A stretch of DNA of 64,000 nucleotides from Octopus bimaculoides (taxonomy: Eukaryota), in assembly GCF_001194135.2 (NCBI RefSeq), contig NC_068998.1, positions 53,165,097 through 53,229,096 of the forward strand. The letters are read 5' to 3'. Positions 1-13,182 of this stretch are shown piece after piece (within the stretch, counting starts at the first letter, position 1; every line of letters begins with the position of its first letter). The position numbers and the translations under genes were made by a program. The notes under the pieces are model-generated. The model searched no databases. It worked only from the letters and a program-made list of their open reading frames with translations, and was not told the origin of the DNA.

Positions 1-842
1 AGTAATTTATTACTAGGGCCTGCAACGGTAACATCGTAATGATAATAATAATAATAATAATACTGTTGATATATATATATATTTTAAAGATACTAGACAT
101 TTTCTTTTGTCCTTCTTCTGTTTGAAGAGCGTACATTTAAGTTTACGCTACCGTACATGATGTGAAAAGTTGAAGATAAATTTTAATCAAGTCCAACTAA
201 AACCGTAATGAACAGAAACTTCATTAGTGTTAATGAAATATTCTCACAAAATGGACAACGGAAGAATTCACAAAATTTCAAATTACAACATAAAATGAAG
301 AAACGCTGCAGGATTTACGATTCTACCTTTGAAATCTATTGGCGTCTATATTTCTTGTTTTATTAATCCTTACTTGATACAATCACATTCCACGTACTCA
401 AAAGAATCCTCTGTATTACCACTCAACCGGGTGGAAGTAATACTTAATTCCCACTCAAACCAATCCATATTGTTGTTGTGCATAAATTTGTACATATTGC
501 ATAATGTAGATTTATATATACTCACGGAAAATCTGTCTGCACTATCACAGCTAGACGCCAGTTATCATAGGTCAGGTAAATCAAAGACTAAATAATATAT
601 GCGCGTAAATAATAATACAACGATTCGACAACGTCTGATAAGAGGTCAAACTACAACAACAAAATAAAAAGAAAATCTACCACATATATTATTAGAGTTA
701 TTTAATACGTTATCGTAGCAAGTCTCATAATTGCAGCCATTGCTCCAACCTCGATGATCAGTAAACAAAAGTTTTCTATAATACCTTAAACGAGTGGAAA
801 TGGACTGCTAAGACTTATGTATTCGAATATAGGTCTTGAACT

Positions 843-1147
843 GGCATTGCGTCGGTTACAACGACGATCAATGGGACATCGGACAGCCTGCTCGAGAAAT
901 TAACATGCCCGAGTATTACACAGACACGGGCATACATTAAGTATTTCTCAAGTAGATTCGGCGTGACACACAATGTGATCAGTCTGATCCTTTGAAATAC
1001 AGGTACAACTCATTTTCGCCAGCTAAATGAACTGGAACAATGTGAAATAGTGTCATGCTCAAGAACACAAACTGCCACCGGGAATCGAACTCATGATCTT
1101 ACGATTGTGTGGCGAATACGGTAACCACTAAGCCACGCACCATCACC
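843..1147 (-). mobile_element. tRNA-derived SINE, family C, near full length
   Basis: Reverse complement has A-box (tggcttagtgg) and B-box (gagttcgattccc) and is colinear with 34341-34622 through to the gtaaccgacg tail. Confidence 0.8.
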
Positions 1148-1660
1148 AATATGTGTTTACCATGACATATATAGCTACTTAGGAAATCTGTCATTTCAGC
1201 TATTTCCGAGGGTTACCACATTTCTTTGAAAATTATCCAAGATTACTTTCAAAGCTATTCTGTGTCCAAATATATTTGTAACAACAAAGCAAGTAGCTTA
1301 CTCAAATAAGGAATCTTTCGTGTGGAAAAAGAAACGTAAAGATTTTGATTTAATTGAAGAATGCTTAATTAACCATTCATATTTCCCGACAAATGTTTTC
1401 TTGATTTATATATCTACGGTCACACTAAGACGGTAAAACAGAGAGAAATATCAAAAGTAGTGCACATATTAAAAGTTCATCATTTAGAAATTGTGCTTAA
1501 GTAGAATTAAGTTATTTTATGATGAAAACAACATAGATTACTCAATGTCTAGCCTTCTAAAGTGACAAGAAATACAAAACAGTGTATAAATAGCTGCAAG
1601 CAATAACATTCTTTCATTTGACATTTCCAAGTTAACCACAACAATATAAACACAACACTT

Positions 1661-1985
1661 TAAATCGATATACATATATATATATATATATATATNNNNN
1701 NNNNNTACGTATACATATATATATATATATTACGTATGTATATATGTATATATGAATGCATGTATGTACGTATACATATATATATATATATATTACGTAT
1801 GTATATATGAATGCATGTATGTACGTATACATATATATATATATATTACGTATGTATATATGTATGTATATATGAATGCATGTATGTACGTATACATATA
1901 TATATATATATATATATTACGTATGTATATATGTATGTATATATGAATGCATGTATGTACGTATATATATATATATATATATATC
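1661..1985. repeat. Compound (TA)n/TATG minisatellite, ~60 bp higher-order unit, 10-N gap at 1696-1705
   Basis: Anchor gaatgcatgtatgtacgtata occurs four times, separated by variable (TA)n tracts. Confidence 0.9.
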
Positions 1986-2789
1986 TTTATGCATAGATAA
2001 ATGAATGCGCAAGCACATTTTTTAAATATAAATCTACTCTTTTAATAGAGACAATTCATTATTTTTAAGATAAATAAGAATGGGAAAAAATGACATATAA
2101 AATAAATTATTAAATCAAAAACGAAAATATACAAATATGTGTTTCTATAGTAGTTTAAATATAATATATTTTGTATTTGATACTTGTTATGTACAAAAAT
2201 ATAGGAGTGCTTTTTTTCATATATTTATTTTGCTCTACAGATGTCTGATCTATAATGTTATGTCTACGTTCAATGAAATAATCCTCTTATTTTTGCTACT
2301 TTTGCGAACAAACTGATTTAGCTAATATGTTAACAGATAAACATAGAAAGTATTTTAATTAAGTAGATATAACTTTTAGCTCATGATGATACAGATGCGA
2401 AAACAGAAAAACTATGAATTACATAAGCAAAGTAAAAGCCAAATAATGATATATGAAATATAAGTCGTAGAATAGGCGCCAGAAATGATTGTATAAGAAA
2501 ATTAGGAATATATTTACCCTTTGCTTTTACACATTCACATCGTTGCCTTAAATATAGAAAATGAATTGCGTTTATATAATTTCCCCCATAATACAGGGCA
2601 ATCACAGAATTTGGATATAGTTTTATCTAGTATAAAACAACAAGCTCAAACTTCTTTAATAATACAAAATATAGCCACACCCATTTCAACACAGAAAAGC
2701 AGTTATTCCAAAAATATCTATCTATTTATCTGTCTGTCTGTCTGTCTATCTATGAACGATCAATTGGTAGTAGTATGCAGTTTTGTTAA

Positions 2790-3006
2790 GGCGGCGAGCT
2801 GGCATAAACGTTAGCACGCCGGGCAGAATGCTTAGCGTTATTTCGTCTGCCGTTAAGTTCTGAATTCAAATTCCGCCGAGGTCAACTTTGCTTGTCATAC
2901 TTTCAGATTTGATATGTTAAGCACCAGTTACGTAATGGGGTCAATCTAATTGACTGGCCCCTCCCCAAAAATTTCCGACCTTTTGCCTAGGGCAGAAAAG
3001 AATATT
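2790..3006 (+). mobile_element. tRNA-derived SINE, family A, full length, tail type 1
   Basis: ggcggcgagctggca head, B-box-like aattcaaattcc, core aggtcaactttgc, tail gcctagggcagaaaagaatatt; colinear with 12495, 29174 and 39187. Confidence 0.9.
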
Positions 3007-6000
3007 CAATTTCGCATCTTTAACGATAAGACTGAGCACTTCCCAGCAAAAGAGTTTTTTCTTGCGCAGAATTAGGGACGAAAATAATCATAGCAAGTAA
3101 AACGCGACACAGTGTGTCTTATGACGCGGGGCGGGGGTGGGGCAGAGATGAAGAGCTGAATAAAATACGGACAGTATTGGACCGGAGAAGTCACACTTTA
3201 GATACGAAAACGATTGGAACCACATCGTATTTTGGTGATACATATTTCTTTTGGTATGAAGAAATATTTGCAAGGATTGAAGAATAGACGTTGTTAGCTT
3301 TGTTGTTTACACAGTATATTTTTTCTCGGACATAACTATGCGACTGTCTTCAAGTGGTACATTTATGTTACTCAAATAACTGCCTGCTCTTACTGTCCTA
3401 TTGAATGGTAAGTCAGAAAAGTTTTGGAGAACAAAATGGCATAAAACTAGTTCTTTGCCAATATATCCCATAGCATTAACCATATGTACTATGACGTGCA
3501 TATGAAATTTTGGCATGATCTCTCGGATTTCAGAATGAATCTATTAATTGCTGCTATATTTCGTTTTCGGAGAACAGTTTTCTCCTTCAATGTACATTGA
3601 CTACAGTTGTGATTTGTGACGTGGGCAAACAATAACACACGGGTGTTTTGACACGATCGTATCACTTTAAGTAAGCAAACTTCAAGATTTCTAAATCTAA
3701 ACATGAATTCTCGATATTGTTTATAGAATTTAAAAAGAAAGCAAAAAAGAGAACATTATTTGCTGATGTCTGCTATGACGATATTAAACAGTTGAGAGTG
3801 TGTTAAAGAATGAAAATCTTAATGGCGTACGCATTCATTCTTAACACATTAACATCGAAGTGATGGCACTTCCTCTAAGCTGCAAAGAAAATCCTGACAG
3901 ATCACTGCACCCATGGGTATATTTAAATGTCAAATGATAAGCATTTGGTATATGTAAATCCATCGATAAATTCTCAAAACTTAATAAAGGCACAGCCACT
4001 TGAATATGGTACTGTATAAATAAGCAGTAAGTGTCTTGCTGGACAATTTATGTATATTTGATTCTATTTTTTCTTATTTCTCTTGGTTGTTTATCTCCGA
4101 TCACAAAATGGTAGTTTCTCATTGTACCGAGGCATATACATGTGTTAATATCACCGATACTCAATTTGAATTCACAATGGTTCAATATTCTGTACTCTCA
4201 CAACGCACTAAATGCTACCAAAGAGAACATTATGTAAGGATTCAGAAGATATGTTTTAGTTATCTCCTGTCTGAAGATAGGTGTTCGATCTTTTTGAAGT
4301 TTCATGAAAATGTACAAAATTAAATATAGAAATTACAACTAAACGTTACTCTTAATGTAGTTTTCTTCTCCGTGGAAAAATATGCATCGTTGTAAAATTA
4401 GTTTAAATAATAATTTATGCACTTCGAAATATTTTCCGTTGTCTTCTGCAGAACTTCGTATGTTAAACTTTCTTACTGTCTTGTGTCTGCAGCTACATAA
4501 AACATATTCTTGTTAGGTTGTTATAAACGGAAAAACCTGCGCATAATTTAACATCATTAAAATAATGTGATTCTAATAGGAAATGGAAGGCAGGAATTTC
4601 TTGATGCTGATTGCAAAGGAAAGGCTTACTGGCAACTAAATTGGAAGAACGCATCTGTCGTGACCAAAGGGATTTTTGGAATAAAAGAGTTTACACCCTT
4701 GTCATTCACTGTTAAATTTGTCGCTGCTATGATATGAAGAAATACGCTAACAATCCGGCGAGTTACATCGTAGTGTTAATTTTAATGCATATTTATTAGA
4801 AGAATTATAATGCGAGTTTTTCGTCAAGATTAAGAATACAATGGTCACTTTCCAAAATCTCTACAAGGTAATTCACTAAGTATCATGTTGATTGTTACGG
4901 TGAACAAGTTCCAAATACATAGCGTTCATTAGTAGATCATTTCAGTTTTTAATAGATTTCTATTCATTCAAATAGAAAAGTAAATTAGGTGTATATTTGG
5001 CACTATTTCCTACTTTACTTTTCCATCTTTATTTATATTTTTGAATGAATTTGGGATGTTGAATTATGCAAATATTCCTTTATGATAAGTTGTACCCGTG
5101 GCCGACATGACACAGAAATAAGGAAGGTAACTGCAGATTAGAGCATTTAACTGAGGGAATATATGCTTCAATGTTTGTGTGGGACATTGTAGTGAGACTC
5201 ATACAACTATTTTTAACTGCACCATGTGTGGAGTTGAGGAAGATTACCAGATAGTTTTGACGAGAATAATAGTTACTACTTTACGACAGAATAAAAAAAA
5301 ACCTGCTCGTTTAAACAGAAACGAAAATGTACGCTTGAATTGAGCTTAGTATTTTTAAATACTTAGCTGTAAAAAAAATCTGATGTGGGCTTCAACAGAC
5401 GAGAGATAAACCATAAAACAGTTGACACATATCACCTAGTCTTCGGCGAAAATACTCTACACGTCAAAATTGATTAATTGTGATCTTACAAATACGCAGT
5501 TTTTTCAGCTCCAGAGGAAAGTAGACTGTACTATTATTTGAATTTTAAACCAACAGACTGGCGTCTAGTTACTCAAAAATAAAAAGAATATGGCATTCTA
5601 CCAATGCCTATTCACCAACCTCTCCCTCTTCGCAAGAGAATACTAATAAACGCTAAACAATCTTAAAATACACACAGGTTTCACATGATTTACATATAAA
5701 TATACAACAGGTCATGATTTCTTACTGACAAGTATTAAAACTGCTTTGTGAATAGACATTTAGCAATGCAAACATTAGCTCTCATGAGATGTGTGATCTG
5801 TTTGCTGCAGTGATTTATGATAAGGAATATCACCTATGTATTTGCCAATACATATCAACTAATCGTTGACTTGGTTCGTTGTACAAATAGACTTTTATCT
5901 GTAATAGCAAAGCTATACAAACGTATGCAATCTGCTTTACTGTCAGAGATATTTATAATAGAACCCTCGCACACACATACACATATGTTCGGTCATGAAC

Positions 6001-6506
6001 ACAACTACACATCTTTGATTATAGGAACAGGGAGAGAGAGAGGGTGTGTGTGTGTGCGTGTGTATGTGAGAGAGAGAGAGTGTGTGTGAGAGTAAGAGAG
6101 AAAAAAATGAAAGTAAGTAACAATTATATGGAAGGACCAGCCAATTCAGTTAACAAATGACAATGACAGTCTCTCTCCATTTCGAAATAATTCCTCGACA
6201 GAATATCTCGAGGTTTTGCTAAGCACAAGACCTAAGGTATGAACCGTCCACTGGTAATATACGCATTCTTGTCTGTAGTATGTATTAATAACACTGGTTA
6301 AAGAAAATTAAATGTACTATACTCATTATGAATGCAAAGCAACTTTTTTAGACTAATTTTCCATACAGATTTCAAAATTTCACTCCATTTGTACGCACCT
6401 ATAATTTTTCCTGTAGATACAAATATTTGCATGTTTGTAAATATGAAATCATTAACGTAATAAATTAGGAATATTTATTACGTTAATGATTGGTACAAAT
6501 GTTATT

Positions 6507-6642
6507 ATGTCCCCGTAACTCTGCAGTTCGGTAAAAAGTATGATCGGGTAAGCGTCAAACTTTCAAGTGAATTCTGGTGTAGATTTGTCTGACTAAATCC
6601 TTCGCAGCACGTTCGGAGTCCAATGGTTGAAACAAGTGAAAA
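6507..6642 (+). mobile_element. SINE family B, 3' tail fragment
   Basis: gtccccgtaac...gttcggtaaaaag...tgaaacaagt aligns with the tail at 27325-27475 and with the reverse complement of 20729-20850. Confidence 0.6.
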
Positions 6643-7442
6643 ATTAACGGAGTCTATTGTGTTTCTTTCATGTTTTCTCGTTGTACACATCAGTTTATAT
6701 TCTTCGATTCTAAGTATTTTTTTCGTCCTATTCTCATTACTTTAGAGTTTAGAGTAGCCGTCTACTTGTGCCAAAAGGCACCCTCTTTCTCTGCGAGTAA
6801 GGTAGTTTATAACCATTACAACTATGGGCTAGGGGTACGAAACGTTGCATGTAGCCTCCTGAGCTTCTGTCTAGACTCTTCGATTAACGTTCATCTTAAT
6901 ATACCGACATTGTAATTTACAACTCGAATGTCTATCGAGTATATTATTTGTAGAATTGCGTTACATTTTTTATATTTCTCTGATTTTAACGACTCTTCTT
7001 ATTTTTATATCCATTTTGGGCTTTTTAACCCTATCAGTGATTCTTCTTTTCAGAAGTATCACTGCGTGTATTTCTAGACCAATTCTCAAAGTTTACAGTC
7101 TCTATCTTATCATAAGTCTTCTATTTTAGTTAAACGTTTCGGTAATAAATTCAAGCAAGTTAAGATTTCGTGGATACGATAAGATAAATGTCCCAATCTA
7201 TTAAGAAAATTAACTACAACTTTTAGTAAGTTACTATTGTTTTCATTAGTTTAGTTATTGTGAGAGTCTGAAAAAAATACCTTCATGAGGCTTTTACTTT
7301 GGGTCATTAAGTTCCGAGTTCAAATCAAACAGGGTGGGGGGGGATTTGCAATCGGGAGCGATAAAGAGGAGTAATCGAGTTGCTCTTTTTCGCCTCAAAT
7401 TGCTGGCCTTGGGCCAAAAATACAGACAATTATTATTAGTAT

Positions 7443-7470
7443 CTGTAGTAGTAGTAGTAGTAGTAGCAGT
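7443..7470. repeat. (TAG)n microsatellite
   Basis: Direct reading. Confidence 0.9.
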
Positions 7471-7985
7471 AAAGAATGTCATATTGAACGGAATTGTCTT
7501 TCTTCTCCTCCGTCGGTGGCGACAATTTTTACAATGTTCTTCAAGGATTTTACAAAGCATGGGTGATCTTTCGTGTTTACTTGTTTGAGCCAAACAAAGG
7601 TAATTAAATAAGCAAAAGTTTATTTCCTTTCACTGTGCCTTTTATTGATATTTTGTACTTTATTTTCGTTCCACGTGATTTGTAATGGCTTTTAGTCAGC
7701 GAAATCACGCAAAGTTAAACAAATAGAAATTTTATAAATGTCAAGCAAAATAACAATTACAAACCTGCTTTACAGAAATACACACGTCGGCTGAAATTGG
7801 ATAACTTTTGTTTGCAGACGCGGAGAAAAAGCATTTTTTTTCATTCTGTCTACGAAATTGTTGCTAACAAAACTGAAAGACTCTAACAGATGGTAGGCCA
7901 AACTGTGTTTGATTGCCGCCACTCTTTTAAACATGAATCAGCATAGAAAATTTCATCTATATGGGACTTTCTAATGTTTTGTCTC

Positions 7986-8115
7986 CTATAGGCATAATGT
8001 CTAAAATTTCGGGGGAGAGGTTAAATCAACCCCAGTACTTCGGTAGTACTTAATTTATCGACCCAGAAAAGATGAAAAGATAAGTCGGCCTCGATAGATT
8101 TTGAACTCAGAACTT
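7986..8115 (-). mobile_element. SINE family A, 5'-truncated
   Basis: ccccagtac...tacttaatttatcgacccagaaaagatgaaa...ttgaactcagaac matches 29240-29325. Confidence 0.8.
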
Positions 8116-9817
8116 AAAAACCATTTAACGTAAAAAACAATTTAACACAATAGCGATACTTGATTCAGCAAGATATACACAACGTGTCTGTATGCTTCTT
8201 AAAATCGAAAGTCATTCGTTGAAAATGGTTGAAATAGTCGCGCTTCCACGTTCAAATTTTATAGATCCGCATTTGGAGCACAGAAATACAAAATTGGGAA
8301 TGAGGACATACACAATGATAGTAATCTATGGTATGTTGCTACCTGTTTATCAGAGTAATAGTGGTAAGTCAAGGCAGGAATGAGGAGGGTGGATATAAAG
8401 TAAGGAGAGATGAAGATGAGGTTTCAAACCTTACTCTCAGTAACTGCTACAAAGGAATACCAAAGCTCAGCCTGCCATTTTGTGGGCAAATTAAATGAAT
8501 GGTGCAAATTAAACGTCCAAGATATCACATTGTGATAATAAAATCAACGAGGAAGACCTGTTGCATTGGTGAACTGTAAAAAAGGACCAGGATATATAAA
8601 ACCAGCGGAGAGCAGGCGCTACAGTTACAAGACCACCAAAGCCCTGTTTGCAAATAACTATTATTCATAGACCGTGAAACAGTATAGATGGCTGGGAAAG
8701 TCATTTCTTGACTGTTTTTTGGTAGCCAGAAATCTGCGAACCCGTTAACCGAAACTAGTATTTAACAACATCACTCCAGCAGTTTTTGGCAATAAAGTAA
8801 AGGAAACCGGAGAGGATTTTCAATAATGCAGGAAGCACAAATAACACTCCGCAAAATTAACCGTTCCATTAAAATATATCTAAATATACCTAAATAATTT
8901 AAATGTATCAAAATTGACCGCTCTATATAAATATATCAAGACGTGCTTTTCGGATCTTCACCAATAACCGACGCAGAATATATTCGCGAAAAAAAAAAGA
9001 TAAAAAAAACGGAAACTCACAGCATTTTCGTGAATGCACTGCAGACGAAACTTAGAAATATTTACCACCTATCCCTCGGCAATATACCATTTAGTATCTA
9101 TTCAACTACGGATTATTTAATCGATTATTACTTTTCTTTCCAAATGATATCTGGCTTTGTGTCAATACATATTTATATTATCACAAAGACCAATCACTAT
9201 ACATTTTAGTATAACGCTACGCATATTAATAGTACTATTGGTATTAGTAGCAATCGTATTAGTATTATTAGTGGTTGAGGTTAGCAGAAAGGTTTGGCAA
9301 ATAGGATGATATGGTGTTGAATGGAAGGTGCACAGATATGACTTTGCTTTTGTTGTTGATGTTTGTTGTTGTTTCTGTTTTTTGCTGTTGTTGTAGTTGT
9401 TTTTAAGCTTCCAGACCCATAATCAGTGTTTGCGCAATGGATTGTCCAAAATGTTTATAAGATATGTACTACCTACCTGTCGATTCATTTGTAGGTGGCC
9501 CATTATTGTGAGAACTTTTTCAGCCAGATTTAGCATATCCCGATATCGAATAAAATAACTCAGGTTATAAATCATTGTTGAGAACATTGGCACGACTGTC
9601 TAAAACAAAAATAAAATAGAAAAACATTACTGTGTATTTAAAATACAAAATTGTCAAAAGTAATAAAATTACAACTTCGTAATGCTATGAGTGGCTATTT
9701 TGAAGTTTGTTTGCTGACCATGAAGAATGTAATTATATGAAAGTTTCCGTGTTTGTTATTATTTAGTACCTTCTAAGAAGCATACATGTGATCGAATAGT
9801 TTCAATAACCCAGAGAG

Positions 9818-9818
<1 letters not shown>

Positions 9819-9879
<61 letters not shown>

Positions 9880-10046
9880 NNNNNNNNNNNNNNNNNNNNN
9901 NNNNNNNNNNNNNNNNNNNNNNNNNNNNNNNNNNNNNNNNNNNNNNNNNNNNNNNNNNNNNNNNNNNNNNNNNNNNNNNNNNNNNNNNNNNNNNNNNNNN
10001 NNNNNNNNNNNNNNNNNNNNNNNNNNNNTTTTTTTTTTTTTTTTTT
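9819..10046. repeat. (TG)n tract, assembly gap (N 9880-10028), poly(T)
   Basis: Direct reading. Confidence 0.95.
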
Positions 10047-11571
10047 GCAACATTGAATGCAAAACTTATGGTTTCCTTGGAAATCTCATATATCTTTGAG
10101 AATAGATGTTTCTGTTAAAAATACAAAGACATATTTTATTGCATTTCACTATTCGACTTACAAGTCCGAATGATTATGAAATATAGTTTACTGCCTCCAA
10201 AGTTTATTTTAAGTTTGAGAATTTCTGCCAGAGGCAAGAATATGTTGGGGACCAACTGCACACAATATGAATTTCAAGTTAATTGCTCATATGTTTCAAA
10301 ATGGAACTTATGAGATATGCTGATAGAATAGCAGAGTAAGACTGTAACTTAAACTTTATTCTGTATATATATATATTTTTTGTTTTTGATGTTTTAGTTA
10401 AATTACAGTTTTCTATAAGAAAATCGATATAAAGCTATGACAAGTATTGTAATTCTAAAGAAGTTACAAGTCAAGGTTTTGGACAAGTGAATCATCCGTT
10501 TTCATTATATAAGTATACAAAAATGAGAAAGAATGAGTTATGGTGTTGTAAATAAGACATAAACTTAGTCAGTTCTATCTTAAAGTAATTTTGAGAGGAA
10601 AGAAAGAAATTAGGAATGACATTATTAAACCAATCGAATGCCAACAACTCCATCATCCGATATTGCGAAACTGCGACAACTGAGAACGTTATATGGGCAT
10701 ATATGAATGAAAAGAATAGAAAATAAAAATATCAAGTAAACTTGTTAAACGCTACTCCATCTTTGAACCAGTTTATGTCTAAATTTCATTAAGAAAGTAT
10801 AAAATAACTTTTAGCGATTTAATTCCACGTTATATGATATTCTGTTTTGAGCAAGTGAAATTACTAAAGTATAGATTATTTAAAAATGTGAGGCACACAA
10901 TTCAATTTTAACGACCGATGTTTAGTAGAAACTGTTAGCTTTCACAGTCTCTAATACAAGGATAATACAAAAGACGGAAGAAATGAAAGTTTTGATTGCT
11001 TAAAGTTTTTAGCTAACATATATCCCTATTTCATATTAGCAGTGTGAACCGTCAAAAGTAGAATCAAAAGCGCAAGCTGTCACATACAATTATAGCATTT
11101 TTGGAAATCCCTTTAGAATCTGATTTAAATTCTCGTAGAGAACTACTTAATATTACACCTTCACCCTCGAGCCTATAAATCATTGGTTGCCTCTTCATCC
11201 CGCGTACCGTCACTCATCAGATTTCAGCATAACTTCAGTATTCTTGGTCAGTTGCATTCTTTTCTTTATTTTCCCAGCGACATTTGAGAACTTTCAAGTC
11301 ATCCTACTAAACAATTCAATGCTCTGTAGCCCTAGGTCTTACTCGACTGATCCTTTCTTTTGATGCTACCAATGTTTATATCACAAGACATACGCTAGTG
11401 AGATGTATTCCTCGCTTCATTACGGCGTTTTGGCTTACTCCAATCGACGTTCTTCTTAGAAAAAAGAAACGTCTTAACATTTGATATAACAATTAACATA
11501 ATGAATTTCAACGCATCCAAATTCTTGCACAAGCGTCTATTAGATATTAGGATTATTATTAGAAGCTACAA

Positions 11572-11761
11572 GGCGGCAAACTGGCAGGACCGTTAGTGGC
11601 ATTTCGCCCGTCTTTACGTTCTGCCTTCAAATTCTGCCGAGGTCGACTTTGCATTCCGGGGCCGATAAAAGAAGTACCAGCTGAGCACTGGGGTCAATGC
11701 AATTAAATTTTCCTCTCCACCATGACTTGTTGGTCTCATGCCTAAACTCGAAACCATTATT
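11572..11761 (+). mobile_element. SINE family A, internal deletion, tail type 2
   Basis: ggcggcaaactggcag head, gccgaggtcgactttgc core, tail gttggtctcatgcctaaactcgaaaccattatt. Confidence 0.85.
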
Positions 11762-12494
11762 AATAGTTGTGGCATTGGTTGATAATCAATCGGAGTTTAT
11801 AGTTTCACTATTACCGTATTCATGGCAACAGTGTTTAACATTGTTTCTGTTGAAGTAAAAACTGGTTATTTATGGCAAAATATGAAACGGCATTGCGAAT
11901 AAGATTTATTAGCCAAGTCAAATGTCAATCACACAAAGAAACACGCATTTATTTTTTTGCACCTATGCAAAAGAATTCTATGAAAATACATTTATGTTGG
12001 AGACTAGATAGAAGCGAAGAGAACGGTAAATTAATAATAAAGGATATAGGTTTTAGAAATATGAGCCTACGAAAATCACTCGAAAACCATTCGGGTTGAA
12101 ACATCACCTCTAGAAAAAGTAAGCATTGTAACATTTATTATTGCGTCTCTAATTCTGTAGACATTAATTTTATTCAAATTTATAGAAATTTAACAGATTA
12201 TTGAATATATATTCCTGGATGCTGAAACTGGGAAATATATCTGAAGACAATTCAAAGTGTCGCCAGTGGCATACACTTTATATCCACAAAAATAACGACG
12301 TATTTCAGTGATTAGCTGCTTTATCAATTCTAAGCTTTATTAGAAATATGTATTAATTTCAGTTAATGAGCCTTATAATAATTACACTATCATAGATCTT
12401 CAGTTTTTGCGTAAGATCACTTGGTTGTTATTATTCTGATCAGCATATTATTTGCCAACATCTTTTTAGTTTTCATTATTATGACGTAGAAAAA

Positions 12495-12697
12495 GGCGGC
12501 GAGCTGGTAGACTCGTTTGCACGCTGGATGACATGCGTAGCGGTGTTTCGCTCGTCGCTACATTCTGAGTTCAGATTCTACCGAGGTTGACTTTGCCTTT
12601 CATCCTTTCGGGGTTGATACTGTACTGAGTTCAATCTAATCTCCTGACGCCCTCCCCCAAAATTTGAGGCATTGTGCCTCGAGTAGAAAAGAATATT
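12495..12697 (+). mobile_element. SINE family A, near full length, tail type 1
   Basis: ggcggcgagctgg head, gagttcagattc B-box, gactttgcctttcatcctttcggggttgata core, tgtgcctcgagtagaaaagaatatt tail. Confidence 0.9.
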
Positions 12698-12749
12698 ACC
12701 AATTACTATCACTGAAGTAGTGCATCCTCTATACAGTGATATTGCATGG

Positions 12750-13182
12750 TAGAAATAGCAACCAAATCCCCAAAGCATGTCGTCCGTTTTTGTTTTATAA
12801 TATAAACAGACTGGATACTAAGGCCTCTTGTTTGCAAAAATATATGATTAGTAACAACTGAGCTATTTCTATCATAAATCATCTGAAGCAGGTTTGTTCT
12901 GGGGTTAACATTAACCAACAACATGTTTATGTAATCACTCGGCAGTCATATATTGGGTTGTGGAAATATGTATTTGAGAATATCGCTCTAAGAAGAAAAA
13001 AAGAAGTCGGTAATGAAATAGTCATTGACCACAGGACCTCTCTATGAAAGCTAAATAAATAAAAAAATAAATACAAGAATAAATACAGTAGCAACAACGA
13101 GAATATCCATTAGATTAAACAATGAGTCAAAGTGGAAGGCTGCACACTGACAGGCAAACTGCTAGAAATAGCAACGAAATCC
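12750..13182 (+). repeat. Two copies of a 20-bp motif tagaaatagcaac(c/g)aaatcc (12750-12769, 13163-13182), probably fragments of another interspersed repeat
   Basis: One mismatch between the copies, 413 bp apart. Confidence 0.5.

Noticed and set aside
6526-6546. Apparent 21-nt micro-exon FGKKYDR with neuropeptide-like GKK
   Set aside because: Lies inside a family B SINE tail.
8737-8765. ctgcgaa...ccgaaactagta, hammerhead-like
   Set aside because: Core lacks CTGANGA and stems I and II do not pair; at best a dead relic.
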